Shown: positions 15,236 through 28,135 of the stretch, piece after piece
How the letters are laid out: each line of letters begins with the position of its first letter
Numbering within the stretch: position 1 is the first letter of the stretch
Source: Paraspadella gotoi
Taxonomy: Eukaryota > Animalia > Chaetognatha
NCBI GenBank assembly: GCA_051294375.1
Contig: CM119267.1
Coordinates: forward strand, 4,438,630-4,502,629
Length of the DNA: 64,000 nt
Direction: 5' to 3'
Position numbers and translations under genes: made by a program
The notes under the pieces: model-generated
Seen by the model: only the letters and a program-made list of their open reading frames with translations
Told to the model about the DNA's origin: nothing
The model's database searches: none

Positions 15236-15567
15236 NNNNNNNNNNNNNNNNNNNNNNNNNACGACGACGACGACCGACGCGTTACTGAAAAGAAATTCTA
15301 AGAAGGAAGAGAAAGGAAAAGAAAAGAAACAAAAAAAATTATTTCATTACAAATTTTTCTTAAAAATTATTCTTTCACTTGTTTCAGCCATGAAGGTCAA
15401 ATTATAATATCAACAATTGAAATTAAATTTCTTCAAATTTGACAAATATGGAATATAAACCAGATGGACCGACCGACCAGGGTAGCATCTAGTATAAAAA
15501 ACGTCGGCAAGTTTCGTTTGATCTTATCTCACCCCTTCGTCTTATCTTACTGACAACTCGAATGACT

Positions 15568-15618
<51 letters not shown>

Positions 15619-16051
15619 AAAATCGATTCGTCTTTCTGAAAAGAAAAGAAATAATTAAACAAATTACTAGAATAATTTTTATGCGATTTGAAAATAAACG
15701 TTCTTCTTAAAATTAAACTATATTGTCTTGCAGAACTGTTTTTATATTCAAATTATTATCGTTTCTGATGATTTTCTTTATTATAGGTATAGTACTAAAC
15801 TCATTGTAAATACTATGACTATTATAGTTGAACTGTAAAATTCGACTCTGCAATTAAAGTATTTAATATCGATAATTGTGTACCGTAAAGTTATTAATTA
15901 TAATTATAGCAGATAGGCATTAGACCTGCATAGCAAAATACACCGCGCGTTCGAGAACGATAAAGAAAGTATTACAGAATCTTCTTTTGATTCTTTCCTC
16001 CAAAAGTCTTTGCGTCAAAATTAGAGGCGAAAAATCAAATTAAGGGCGATC

Positions 16052-16119
16052 TCAGCCGAGGTGGGGGTAGCTTGGTGGCCGCTCGCTCGGAGGAGGTGCA
16101 ACCGAAGATTGTGGCGGCG
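16052..16119 (-). CDS. possible C-terminal coding fragment PPQSSVAPPPSERPPSYPHLG* emerging from an N gap
   Basis: GC-rich, ends in TGA, contains a PPxY motif; AATAAA on the minus strand at 15777-15782. The frame cannot be confirmed. Confidence 0.22.
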
Positions 16120-16790
16120 NNNNNNNNNNNNNNNNNNNNNNNNNNNNNNNNNNNNNNNNNNNNNNNNNNNNNNNNNNNNNNNNNNNNNNNNNNNNNNNNN
16201 NNNNNNNNNNNNNNNNNNNNNNNNNNNNNNNNNNNNNNNNNNNNNNNNNNNNNNNNNNNNNNNNNNNNNNNNNNNNNNNNNNNNNNNNNNNNNNNNNNNN
16301 NNNNNNNNNNNNNNNNNNNNNNNNNNNNNNNNNNNNNNNNNNNNNNNNNNNNNNNNNNNNNNNNNNNNNNNNNNNNNNNNNNNNCATTTTTGACGGATTT
16401 TTCGCTGCTTGAGTTATTTTCAAAATTTTAGGAATGAAAAGAAATGAGACAGGTAAAGAAAAGCCCATAAAAAATTAATTAAAATCCGAAACAAAACTGT
16501 TATTATATTACTAACTACTAAGCGACAATAAATTGACTATATTATCTTATCTGTTTTTTTCTTTTTCGTCATCTCCCCTCCCAAAATGGATTGTCAGACA
16601 TAAAGTATCAATCACGTTGGATGATTTATAGGATTTAAATTGACCTCATATCAACGAATCAACGTCGTCGTTGTCGTCGTCGTCGTCGNNNNNNNNNNCG
16701 TCGTCGTCGTCGTCGTCGTCGTCGTCCCATCCTTGCCTAAGGAAATGAATTCGTTTTCCGATGGAATTCGATCCATGATCGATGCAATCG

Positions 16791-16804
16791 GTTTCCATGG
16801 AAAC
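16791..16804. promoter_or_regulatory. perfect RFX X-box palindrome GTTTCCATGGAAAC
   Basis: 14-bp palindrome matching the GTTNCCATGGNAAC consensus. Function is not shown. Confidence 0.4.
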
Positions 16805-17352
16805 GTCGACTGCGATTAAAAACTAGAAGCGTTCTCTCCGAAAGTTCCAGGGTTCGAGGCAGCAACGTTCGATTTTCTTTTTTCAAAAAATGTTATTCCT
16901 AATTAATTGGAAAGTACGTATGTTGGAAAATGAATAAGAATAATTTAGTTTCAATGACAATGACTTTCGTAGCTTTTAATACAAAGATATAAAAAAGTAC
17001 TGTATTTGTACGTAATAGTAATACTAAAAGTAAATGAGGCTTGGTTCCAGACACAGAGGCTATGTTATTAACAAGTCTGGGTTTCTTGTTTTAGCACTTT
17101 ATTAAAACAGTTATATTTTACCATTAACAAATATTAACAACAGCGCCGAGGAAGACGACCGCCTCTAAAAAAAAANNNNNNNNNNNNNNNNNNNNNNNNN
17201 NNNNNNNNNNNNNNNNNNNNNNNNNNNNNNNNNNNNNNNNNNNNNNNNNNNNNNNNNNNNNNNNNNNNNNNNNNNNNNNNNNNNNNNNNNNNNNNNNNNN
17301 NNNNNNNNNNNNNNNNNNNNNNNNNNNNNNNNNNNNNNNNNNNNNNNNNNNN

Positions 17353-17383
<31 letters not shown>

Positions 17384-20028
17384 TCCTGTCTGTTGCTCAC
17401 TGCGATGCCCATTGATGAGAGATGACAAATGGTTTGTATCTTGTCTGGATGAACACGGGGACGACGACGATGACAACGACGACGACAACGACGACGAATC
17501 CTCGACGTCATTGATGACATTGCGAAGAGGAAACGAACTTCAAATGTTTGCCAACTGTTGGAATCAGTCAGATCTTTTCTCAAACGACCTTTTTCGCTTG
17601 GGTCATTTGAGTCATTCTCAACGCGGAAGTTTGAACGATCGGGCCTTGTTTTCCCTAAATACCCCATTTCATCTTTAATGTGGATTGAGGATTAAGGTTT
17701 AGGATTAGATCAGGGTTTTGGATTAGAAACAGAAATGGGGCGCTCTGGAAAAATAGAGCCGAAAATTGTACATTTTCTTAAAATTAGCGCTGCTGTGAAC
17801 GTTTCGGAAAAGAAGGAAGTGGCTGGCTGGCTGGCTACTGGTAACTGGCGATGCTGTTTTGCACAATATATTTATTTGTTTTTATATTATTTTAGCTTTC
17901 ATTGCTAATTGTCTCGTAATAATAATAAACATTCTTACCAACGTCAAAGACATTAATAAACAACAAACTCAGAAAAAACCCACGTCTCCAAAAAAAAAAA
18001 TTGGACAGGGANNNNNNNNNNNNNNNNNNNNNNNNNNNNNNNNNNNNNNNNNNNNNNNNNNNNNNNNNNNNNNNNNNNNNNNNNNNNNNNNNNNNNNNNN
18101 NNNNNNNNNNNNNNNNNNNNNNNNNNNNNNNNNNNNNNNNNNNNNNNNNNNNNNNNNNNNNNNNNNNNNNNNNNNNNNNNNNNNNNNNNNNNNNNNNNNN
18201 NNNNNNNNNNNNNNNNNNNNNNNNNNNNNNNNNNNNNNNNNNNNNNNNNNNNNNNNNNNNNNNNNNNNNNNNNNNNNNNNNNNNNNNNNNNNNNNNNNNG
18301 ACATTTGACGAGTGCGTGCTTTCCGCGTCGTCTGCTCTCGTCGTCGTCGTCGATTCTAAACTAAACTGTTGCAAGTTTTGTTTGTTCAGTTTAAAATCGT
18401 TTTATTTTACTAATGTAACTTTAACGAATCAAAAGTTAGATTGTTTCAGCCTTCGTTTTTCAGTCGCGCTCACCAATGACCCGATTGTCCCCGAATTTCT
18501 GATAAATCCGAATCAAACCTGGCTTCTCTCACAGAAGCCAACAGCAAAGTATTCTTAACCAAACAAACGAAAAATTAAGTTCAGTTCAGTTCAAATCTGG
18601 TTCGTTTAAAAAAAGAAAAAAAAAAGAAGCGAAATTCTCAAAACTGTTAGAACCGTTAGAACCCCGTTGGAACCATTTCGCACTGTATTTCCCGTCCCAT
18701 AACGATTATGTGTCAGAACGAGAATCTTCCTTCTCCGTTTGACTGCGTTTTCTCTTTTCTCTTTACTTTTCTTTTCTTTTCTTTTCTTTTCTTTTCTTTT
18801 CTTTTCTTTTCTTTTCTTTTCTACCATTAATTTTTTTTCACGACAAATATTTTTTCGTTTCCCCATTTTTTCAATAGATCATCTGACCTTCCGTCACTTT
18901 AACTTATTTTCTATTTCCTTTTCTAAACCTTACCTCAAGCTGCGAGTGCTATTCTCCTCAAACCTACCTCCTTTTTCTAATCTCCGCTTTGGCCTTTTAA
19001 AATCTCCTTTTCCTTTTCCTTTTCTTCTTCATCTCTCTCGCTTTCCTCTTTTCGCTCTCCCACCGTCGTCGTCGATTGCGTAAACTAAACCTGTTGCAAA
19101 GTTTTTAGTTTTGTTCTATTAAAATCGTTTTATTTTACATAATGTAACTTTACAGATGAAAAGTTTACAGTAGTCAACAGGCAAAGATATTCTAACCAAA
19201 AAACGAAAATTAAGTTCAGTCATTCAAATCTGGTTCGTATTAACAAAAAAAAAAAAAAGAAGCGAAAATTCTCAAACTGTTAGAAACCGTTAGAACACCG
19301 TTGGAAGCCATTTCGCACTGCTACCTTCCGTCCATAACGATTATGTGTCGAACGAGAATCATTCCTCTACTTCTCAGTTTGAACCTGCGTATATTTCTCT
19401 ATTTCTCTTCTCTTCTCCTCTCTTTATCTTTCTTTGTCTTTTCTTTTTTCTTCGTGCAGACGATAATTTTCCTAAATGAGATAAGCATTTATCTTTAAAT
19501 AATCAAGAAAAACTTGCATTTTTTTCCATTATGTAAAAAGAGATAAAAAATTTCTAATACACCGGACAATAACGAAAATTTTTCAAAGAAAAAAGAAATA
19601 AAACGTGTAAATACTTTTTTTTCTGCAATTAATTTTTCATTCATTGATTGTATTTGTTAATATATTTGGGTGATGTGTTCGTTTAATATTTTATCTTTTT
19701 TATCAAAAACCAATTACAAATTTTCCTTTTCTTCTTTTATTTTTATGTCTCTCTTCTCTCTTTTCGTTTTTTTCTCTTCCTTTTTCCTTTTTTCTTTTGT
19801 CTCTTTTCTTTTCCTTTTCTTTTTTTTCTTTTTTTTTTTTTTCTTTTTTTTCTTTTTTCTCTTTATTAATTTTATTTATGTAGCTTTTCTTTACTTCTTC
19901 ATTAGATAATATTATTTATTTTTTTTCTTGTTATAATCATCCAGAAATACGACTTTTTCTCTGTAAAAACATTGATATGATAAACTTTAAAAAGTTAACA
20001 AAATTTGCTGTATTTGTTTTTTTTTTCT

Positions 20029-20066
<38 letters not shown>

Positions 20067-22433
20067 CTTTTCTTTCTTTTTCTTCTTTTCTTTTCCCTTT
20101 TCTTTCCATTCCTTTAATTTCCAGGAAAATATTTTTTCGGTTTCCCCATTTTTTCATAGAATCATCTGGGGACCTGGAAGCAGCATGATCCACTCTTAAA
20201 ACTGTATTTATCTTATTTCCTTTTCTTATACCTTTGTGTTGGATTGTGTCACCTCAGCTCGAGTGGCTATCTTCAACACTACCTCCTTTGTCTAAAATCT
20301 CCGGCTCTTGGGGCTTTTAAAAATCTCCTTTTCTTTTCCTTTTTTTCTTCATCTCTCTTCGGGGCTTCCACTCTTTTCACTCTCCCAACCATCCCCTGGC
20401 CTTTGGGTTTCGCCAGCTCCCCCTGCCCAATCTTCAGTTCATATGCACTCCCATAATTCACCCCTCGGCACCTCACTCCCCCACTACCGCAATGCTCGAC
20501 CCCCACCCTCTCTAACGCAGTCAATTTTCTTGTTGACTTCGTGGTTTATTTTAATCGCTTTTGCTCCGCGCGAAGGAGAAAATTGCTTGGTTTGTCAATA
20601 AATCACAAGGCGTTGAGTTCTCAAAATCAATCGGCAGGTCTCTCTCTCTCTCTTCAGTCTCTTCTCCTCTCTCTCTCTCTCTCTGCTCTCTCTCTCTCTC
20701 ATCTCTCAAGATCTCCCCTTTCAAAATCATCTCTCTCTATCTTCTCAAAAAGCCCACGAAGNNNNNNNNNNNNNNNNNNNNNNNNNTAAAGTTTGACCAC
20801 TTTTTTTAGAAAATGAAAAAAGCAAATGAAAACAAGTTTTATAACATTTAGTTGGATAAAACTAGAAAAAAAAAGGGGGAAAAAGCATTGATAGGAAAAA
20901 AAAATTGTTTGAATCCTTTTCAACCGCAGACTTTTTATTGGAAAACCAGCTGGGGTCCAGTTTTAAATGACGGATCAGAATCAAATCAATTAATCTAAAG
21001 TCGGGGGGGGGGAATCCTCGCAATCGCATTGGCTCGGATAAAATTAAATAAAATCCTTGAACTGGCTTATAATTGGTGAATAAATAAACGAAGAGAATTT
21101 ATGATTATTAATGATAATAGCAATGAAAAGACTGAAGAGTAATCCTTTTTCTTCCCAAGTGTCTTTTGTCTTAATCCGATGCTCGAACGCGGAGCATAAG
21201 TTTCGTTTTAGCCGGTACCGCTAGAGCGGAAGCCTCGCCGTTAAATAAAAGAGCAACAGACCTCGCGCTATTTTAATCAATAAAACAATGAGAAGGGGAA
21301 AAATGGCTCGAAACGGAGAGGGAGGAAAATAATGAAAGAGAGAGAGAGAGAGAGAAAAAAAAGAAAGAGACAGAGAGAGTGAGTGAGAGAGAGAGAGAGA
21401 GCTCTACACCCGACGGTGCATTTGAATGGAAAGGCAGGATTTAGTTGACATGTTGAAGGATGTGTTATTGGCAAAAAGGATTTGAAATGTGGAAAGAGAA
21501 AAAAAAGTTTGTTTTTTTTTTGTTCTTTTTAGTTAAAAAGTTAGATCCGTCGCTTCGTCTTTTGTTTGTGTTTTCGTCGGACGGACATTAGGGAATCGTC
21601 GGGCCGCCAGAGGGACGGGCTCTTTTGTTTTTTAAGCGGGAATCCGAATTCAGGGAAATGTATTCCGTTTTGAGGAAGGTGACATTTAGCGTTGAAAATG
21701 GAAGGGTGAGGAGAAATGGGGACGGAGGGACGTGGACCCAGAGTCGTGCGTTGCTTGAGAAGATCGCGTCAAGACTTTGCAATTGTTATTGCATTGTTTA
21801 TTGCAATGTGTGATTTGTTCATGTAACGCATCGCATTCCGCCCTCCAAGTCCCTCGTACGCGCAACAGGTGCTAGATCGAGTCGCGAACCACGATTACGA
21901 CGCCTGACGATACTTCCTTCGTCTCTGGTTATCAGGCGCGCGCGTTGATCACGTGACCAGACGCCTTATCAACTAAATCGTCCTCGACAAATAAAAATCG
22001 TTCAGCGGGCGGTCACGACGTATCGTCGCCAATGACGCCGCCGACGCCGGCGACGTCGCCGCCGACGCCGCCCAGCCATCGCCGCTATCGCCGCTCGGTC
22101 AAACGAAGAGACGAGCAGACAAATTAATAAAAATCGGACCGAGTGTCACGACGACGACGACGACGACGACGACGACTATTTAATCCAATCCTTCGCATCT
22201 CCGTGACGATACAGTCACGTGACCCTCCGTTTTTTTTTCTCATCACACGTTTCTCTGTCTGTTTGTCTGTCCGTCCGACAGTCCGTCGAGGCTGTCCGTC
22301 TCTGTCAAGCTATATTGCTCTCTTTTCGGCTTTTTCAACATTTTGTTTCATTTAATATTTGTCGGTCAGTCTGTCCGTCTTTTTTAAGAGAACCTGTAAT
22401 GTTCGTCGGTACATCACTCTATCTGTTCTTTTA

Positions 22434-22512
<79 letters not shown>
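17353..22512 (-). repeat. right arm of the inverted duplication, with internal noisier re-runs (19063-19460 repeats 18340-18830; 20130-20390 repeats 18850-19060)
   Basis: Colinear reverse-complement match to 11.0-15.2 kb with scattered indels; contains the 25-N gap 20762-20786. Both ends are CT/GA microsatellites. Confidence 0.93.
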
Positions 22513-22518
<6 letters not shown>

Positions 22519-23289
22519 ATCCTTTTTATAAAAAAAATAGTCGTGACGCGCTGTGAGTGTTCAAAGTCCACGGTCCTCGCCCCAATTTTATTGCTTTCAA
22601 CTTCAAATTCCGAAAAGAAAATAACCAGATGTTGTTTTAGCCGCGAAAAGGGAGGGAAGGGAGTGAGAGGGGATGCGCGGGAGAAGTGGGAGGAAGGGGA
22701 GCGGACGTGAATGGGAAGGGAGGGAGGGGAAGGTAGAAGAGGAATCAAGGAAAGCATAAAAGGTAGAACTCGGATAGTTAAGGGTGGAAAGAAGAAAGAG
22801 GGAGATGGCAAGCGAAAAGGGGATTAATTCTGCAGGAAAGAAAATTGGATTTAACTGACGATGGAATTCATGATAAAGGGAAATATGGAGGCTGGAGGCA
22901 ACTTGGCCCAGGTAGTCACATTGACTATTAAGTGGACGATACGATGTGCGAAAATTCATGTTTTTAAAAATGAAAGAAAATGGGAAGAGTTTGGGGTAAA
23001 GTGGGTGTATGGGCGGGTGGGTAGGTGGGTGGGTTGTTTTATCGGGAGGCGGTCAACTCTCCCTCGGTCGTGACCATCGAGGTTGAGGTCGGAATTGGGG
23101 TCAGCGTCGCCGTCTTGTCTGTGATTGGCTGTCGGCCAATGTCTCTTCCATGCGCAAGACGATTTTGAGGGAGAAAAAAATCGCACTTAGAAAGAGAGGA
23201 GCGACAAAACGAAAGAAAAGAAAAAAGAAAAAGTGAAAAAAAGAAAGAAAAAAAGTCGAGAAAAGAAAAATAATTTTCTTCCAAATTAG

Positions 23290-23655
23290 CGGCGCTCTTT
23301 TTCTCCTCTTCTCCACCGGCGCCGCATTTTTCACCTTTTTTGGCGCCGGAAGAGACGTCGTTACTTTTCGGCGTCGGTGGTCATCTTGCCGGAAGTAACG
23401 AGACGGTGGGCGCGGCTGTCGGTCGGTGAGTCGGCCGGTGGCGGAGCCAATGACGCCGCTCAGGGTCCGACGGAGACGGCGTTGTTCTGACACCTTCCCG
23501 ACGTCAGGAACGGCGTTTCGGCGTGGCGTCGAGTCACAAAGGTCGCTGTGGCTTGTTGGCGTGGGGGAGTGGGGGAGTGGGGCGTCGCGTAGGGACCCGG
23601 AGGAGGGTGTTTCGCTCACCGCTACCGAATTGCACAACAACAACTTCGGAAGTCG
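23290..23655 (-). CDS. possible Pro/Ser/Arg-rich exon of the same unknown minus-strand gene
   Basis: GC-rich island within ORF 23101-23829(-), the longest gap-free, repeat-free ORF of the window; candidate acceptor gtcAG at 23656-23657. No homology recognised. Confidence 0.3.
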
Positions 23656-25721
23656 CTGACTCGAACTCGTGGACGAACGAAAAACCAAATCCCGAGTGGG
23701 AAAGAAGAATTTTCGATCTTCAAAAGTGAATAATCGACGAGAAGTGGAATTGGTTGGTTTTTTTTCCGGGGGGCGGGGGTTTGAGGGGCGTTGTTTGTAG
23801 GGGGATTGGGGGGAGGATAAGGGCGTCATGGGAAGAGGAGGGGAAAGTACGAAAGAGTGTATATGAGTTTAAAAGAAAGAGAGAGAAAGGAAATTTTGAA
23901 AGAAGGAAAGAGAACTGGAAAGAAAAAGAGACAGAAAAGAAATGTTATGAAAATAAAAAATTAGAAAAGAAAACGATGAGGGAACGAATATCGCAGGTCG
24001 TGACCCAGGCGATATACTTGAAAAAAGTAAAAACTCTTAAATCTCATTTGCATATAGTAGATATAGTCGTTTAAATTACACTAAACATTAAACCATTCCC
24101 CATGCTTGCGATAAATACTAAAAACGGGCAGAATGTAAGACTGAAGTCAACTAAACAGATGAAAAAGGCGCCTCGGATATTAACTTTTAAGGGAGGGGGA
24201 AAAAGTATGAAGAACTTTGTCGCAAATAGAAAATATGTGAAGAGGTGTATAAAAACGAAAGTGAATGTTAATTTATCATATAATCTTTTTATTTCGTTTT
24301 CGGAGGTGTATAAAAAAGAAAGTAAATGTTAAATTATCAAATATTCTGCTCATTTATTTTTTTAGCGTGATATCGCTTTGGAGTATTTGTTAGCGTCTCA
24401 ATTCGTTTTTAGCGTCTCTTAGACTCTTCTTTTTTAATTATCGTCTTTTGTGTTTATTAGTGTCTCTTTCTGTTGATTTACGTGCTTGTATATATGTGTG
24501 TGTATATATGTATATATAAATATATATATATTGATTGTAGTTTTTTATTTCTATTAATAGCATTGTGGTCCCTTTGCCCTTTACTTCAACGCATTATAAT
24601 TATACATTTTTGGGTATATGTTATACACTAAGCATGAAATACTTATGACGTTTTATGAAAAATAAAACCTTGTCTGTTTACGCAAAAAAGGAATTTTCTT
24701 CTTTATAAATAAAAAAAATTCTTGCTTCAGAGTTCAGTACTGTTTTTAGTATTAATAAACAAAATCTTGTCTATAGCTAATAACAAACTATTTATTGGAT
24801 TTAGACTTGGACCTCTTTGGTTCAAACTGTGTGCTATATCTGGCATAATTCCATACTGTTGAGCCAGTAAAATTTAAATTAAAAAAAAAATTACTTTTTT
24901 CCAATAAAATATTATTTGCCTTTGGGTGATAACAATGAAATCATTCATCGGTAATGTTACAAAATCATGCCACTTTTACATTTAACCTTAACCTTAACCA
25001 TAACTTTTTTTATTTAACGCTTAATTAACCAATCAACATTGTTTATTAAACAATTTATTAAACAATCACCTATAGAAAATACTGTATACATGCCAAAAAA
25101 ACCCCCATTAAAATCAGTTGAATATAGCCATTTTTCTCTTCTCATCGCCGCAACNNNNNNNNNNNNNNNNNNNNNNNNNNNNNNNNNNNNNNNNNNNNNN
25201 NNNNNNNNNNNNNNNNNNNNNNNNNNNNNNNNNNNNNNNNNNNNNNNNNNNNNNNNNNNNNNNNNNNNNNNNNNNNNNNNNNNNNNNNNNNNNNNNNNNN
25301 NNNNNNNNNNNNNNNNNNNNNNNNNNNNNNNNNNNNNNNNNNNNNNNNNNNNNNNNNNNNNNNNNNNNNNNNNNNNNNNNNNNNNNNNNNNNNNNNNNNN
25401 NNNNNNNNNNNNNNNNNNNNNNNNNNNNNNNNNNNNNNNNNNNNNNNNNNNNNNNNNNNNNNNNNNNNNNNNNNNNNNNNNNNNNNNNNNNNNNNNNNNN
25501 NNNNNNNNNNNNNNNNNNNNNNNNNNNNNNNNNNNNNNNNNNNNNNNNNNNNNNNNNNNNNNNNNNNNNNNNNNNNNNNNNNNNNNNNNNNNNNNNNNNN
25601 NNNNNNNNNNNNNNNNNNNNNNNNNNNNNNNNNNNNNNNNNNNNNNNNNNNNNNNNNNNNNNNNNNNNNNNNNNNNNNNNNNNNNNNNNNNNNNNNNNNN
25701 NNNNNNNNNNNNNNNNNNNNN

Positions 25722-26102
25722 CGGCCGCGCCTCTCGCCGCTGCTCGCTGCTCCTCCGGCGCCATATTTCCTTCGCGTCCGGCCAGCGTTTCGGTCACTTC
25801 CGGTCGCGTCACCGAAGCGTCGACTCGTCGACGTCGTCGTTTTCGTCATTTTCGTCGATTTCGTCGTCGGCGTCGAGTTGGAGAGACGACGAGGGAAGAC
25901 GACGACGACGACGACGATGACGAACGATGAAGGCGACGACTTACGACGACGACGACAACCACGATAATGATGACGAAGATGACGACCACAAACGCCGATG
26001 ACGACCAACGACGATAACGTCACACCGAAGAAGACGACGACGATGACAATGATAGTTATGACGATCAATATTGGTTGCGAGATGCGTCGTTAAAAACCGG
26101 AC
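25722..26102 (-). CDS. possible exon of an unknown gene with a TM-like segment (ILIVITIIVIVVVFFGVTLSSLVVIGVC-GRHLRHHYRGCRRRRK)
   Basis: Acceptor aatcAG at 26103-26104 after an ~80-nt AT-rich spacer; hydrophobic run followed by a basic cluster. A 1-bp correction is needed to join it to the acceptor, and the Val/Ile run could arise from (GTC)n repeats. Confidence 0.3.
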
Positions 26103-26182
26103 CTGATTCCTCTTTATGGTGCGATAAAGTTGTAAAGTTGTAAAGTTCAATTTTATTTAAATGAATTTATTTTAATCTTAAC

Positions 26183-26460
26183 TTCACGTTTCACTGGATT
26201 CGAGAAGCGATCACGAAAAGCGACGATGCTTTTTAAACTGTGTATTGATTGTCGTTCACAATTGCTTGATCTTTGGCGATTTTCTGTGGATATCGTCACG
26301 AGCGGACGCATCGTGGACGAACGCCGCGGCGCAGCAGTGGCGGAGACTGAGGCATCGGTCACAGAGACGTCGGCTGCGGCGGCGGCTGCGGGGAGACGCT
26401 GACGAGCGACTCGAGGTCGAACGGACGAACTCGAAGGAAATAAAGCGTCGAGAGACGAAA
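26183..26460 (-). CDS. possible exon (..AAAAAADVSVTDASVSATAAPRRSSTMRPLVTISTENRQRSS..), Ser/Thr/Ala-rich
   Basis: GC-rich open frame directly upstream of the TM-like exon; boundaries uncertain. Confidence 0.25.
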
Positions 26461-27099
26461 CAAACCGGAAAAGTCGACCCGCGTCTTTCCGAACTAATTT
26501 TCTGGTTTACGGTCTTTCCCTATTAACAGGCCACACCTCCCTTGCCACTTACCTCTTTGCCCCTTACTTCCATGCTCCTCGGGAGAGGGAAGAAGGTGAG
26601 ATATCCTCGATGAGTCGATTGGTCCGGGCTCCTGGGCGAGAATAGTTCATAACATAGAATTAAAGAAATAATAATTTAAAAATAAAAGTACTAGTCACAT
26701 AAAAATTTTAATTGCTAACAAAGCTATTTTCAACTCATACAGTAAGATTATTTTCGTTTGTAACATTTCGTGACAGCAAATCTATGCAACTATAAACTTT
26801 AGAGAGTTTAATGAAAGTTGGTTTGGCATTTTCAAATTGAAACTTCATTCATTCTATTTTCCACTTTTTTTCTGATTAAAATTTATTAAAAAAATGAGGT
26901 AATGACCATATAGCATTTGTTTTTTTCTAAAATGAAATAAGATTTACGCTATTTTGAATTTTTAGTCAAAATTTAAGTCTCTGGGCGAAGGGAATGTTAC
27001 AAACGAGAAATAAATCATACTATAAAATTTTCATTTGTACTTTCGTACATAAAAAATAAAATTTATAAAAGGACCCACCTACCTTTTCTCTTTTCATCT

Positions 27100-27830
27100 C
27101 TCGACGTCGCAAACCGTTGAAGAAGCGAGGCGCTGTCCTCTCCCAAAGACTCGCGCCGAAAGATTCGCGTCCCTTGACGCCCGGGTTACTTTTTTTTTTC
27201 TCTCTCCTTTTTTTTCCGGTCGCGCGCCCAAAGGACGAAGCGACATCCGGTGATTTAAGGCGAAAAATGATAAATCGCGGGATTTTTTTTTTTGTGGATA
27301 CCGTTAACAGTCGAAAGAGGGCAAAAGGGGGGGGCAGGGGGGCGGAGTAAGGGGCAAGGGTGGAAGGGGGGGGCAGGGGCGGGAGGTTAAGGGGCAAGGG
27401 ATAGAAAGGGGAGGCGAGTCGTTATCGTCCGGTAATTATCGTATATCGAGGAAAAGTCGTCTTCGGTTTTGTCGTCGTTTTCGTTGTTGTTGTTGTTGTT
27501 GTTATGGTTGGTTGTTGAAAAAGGAACCATAGCGTCTAAAAATATTAATCAGACAACTGGATATCTCCGATTGAGGACAATTAATGGAGAAAAATCATCC
27601 TGATTAGAGCCCAAATTGTTTTTAAAACTGAATGAGATATTTTCGTATGAGGTTGGTAACAATTTTATACACACACAGGGTCTTAAAATAACGTTTAATT
27701 ATAAGTGCTTTAGCTACGATAAATATATAATAACGGAACGGTCAATATAGTAAAAAATAAATTATTCCCTTTTGTTTCACTTTCGTTTTGATTTGTGTTC
27801 TGTTTTCTTATCCAAGATGGCGACTCGAAA
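27100..27830. promoter_or_regulatory. possible (bidirectional) promoter region with G-run tandem repeat and YY1-like motif
   Basis: CpG-rich 27100-27300 with several TCGCGC/GGCGAAAA motifs; twice-repeated aaggggggggcagggg...aaggggcaaggg at ~27325-27400; CAAGATGGCG at ~27813. Confidence 0.35.
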
Positions 27831-28081
27831 ACCTTAAAAAAAAAAAAAGGAGTCAAAGACGAAAAAGAAGTGCGAATACGTTTGTTTTTTCGTTGCGCCA
27901 GAAAGAGAAAGGGTCAAACTATTCTGGCGTCTGAATCGCGTTGCCTTGGAAACGGAAACCGCGAAAGAAAGAGAAAAGAGACCGAAAGAGAAAAGAAGAA
28001 ATTCAGTGGAGGTGGAAGAAGTTTTTCCTGCAGTGAATAATAGGATTTTCCCCGAGAAGTCTCGAGAAAACGAGGACTCTG

Positions 28082-28135
<54 letters not shown>

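Noticed and set aside
11004-22512. Foldback or large-TIR DNA transposon
   Set aside because: No transposase in the spacer, no defined termini or TSD; the arms end in microsatellites and N gaps and show read-error-like indels.
24982-25003. Telomere-like (TAACCT)n repeat; similar degenerate run at ~14790-14825
   Set aside because: Only about 3 units, interstitial, and not a canonical TTAGGG/TTAGG array.
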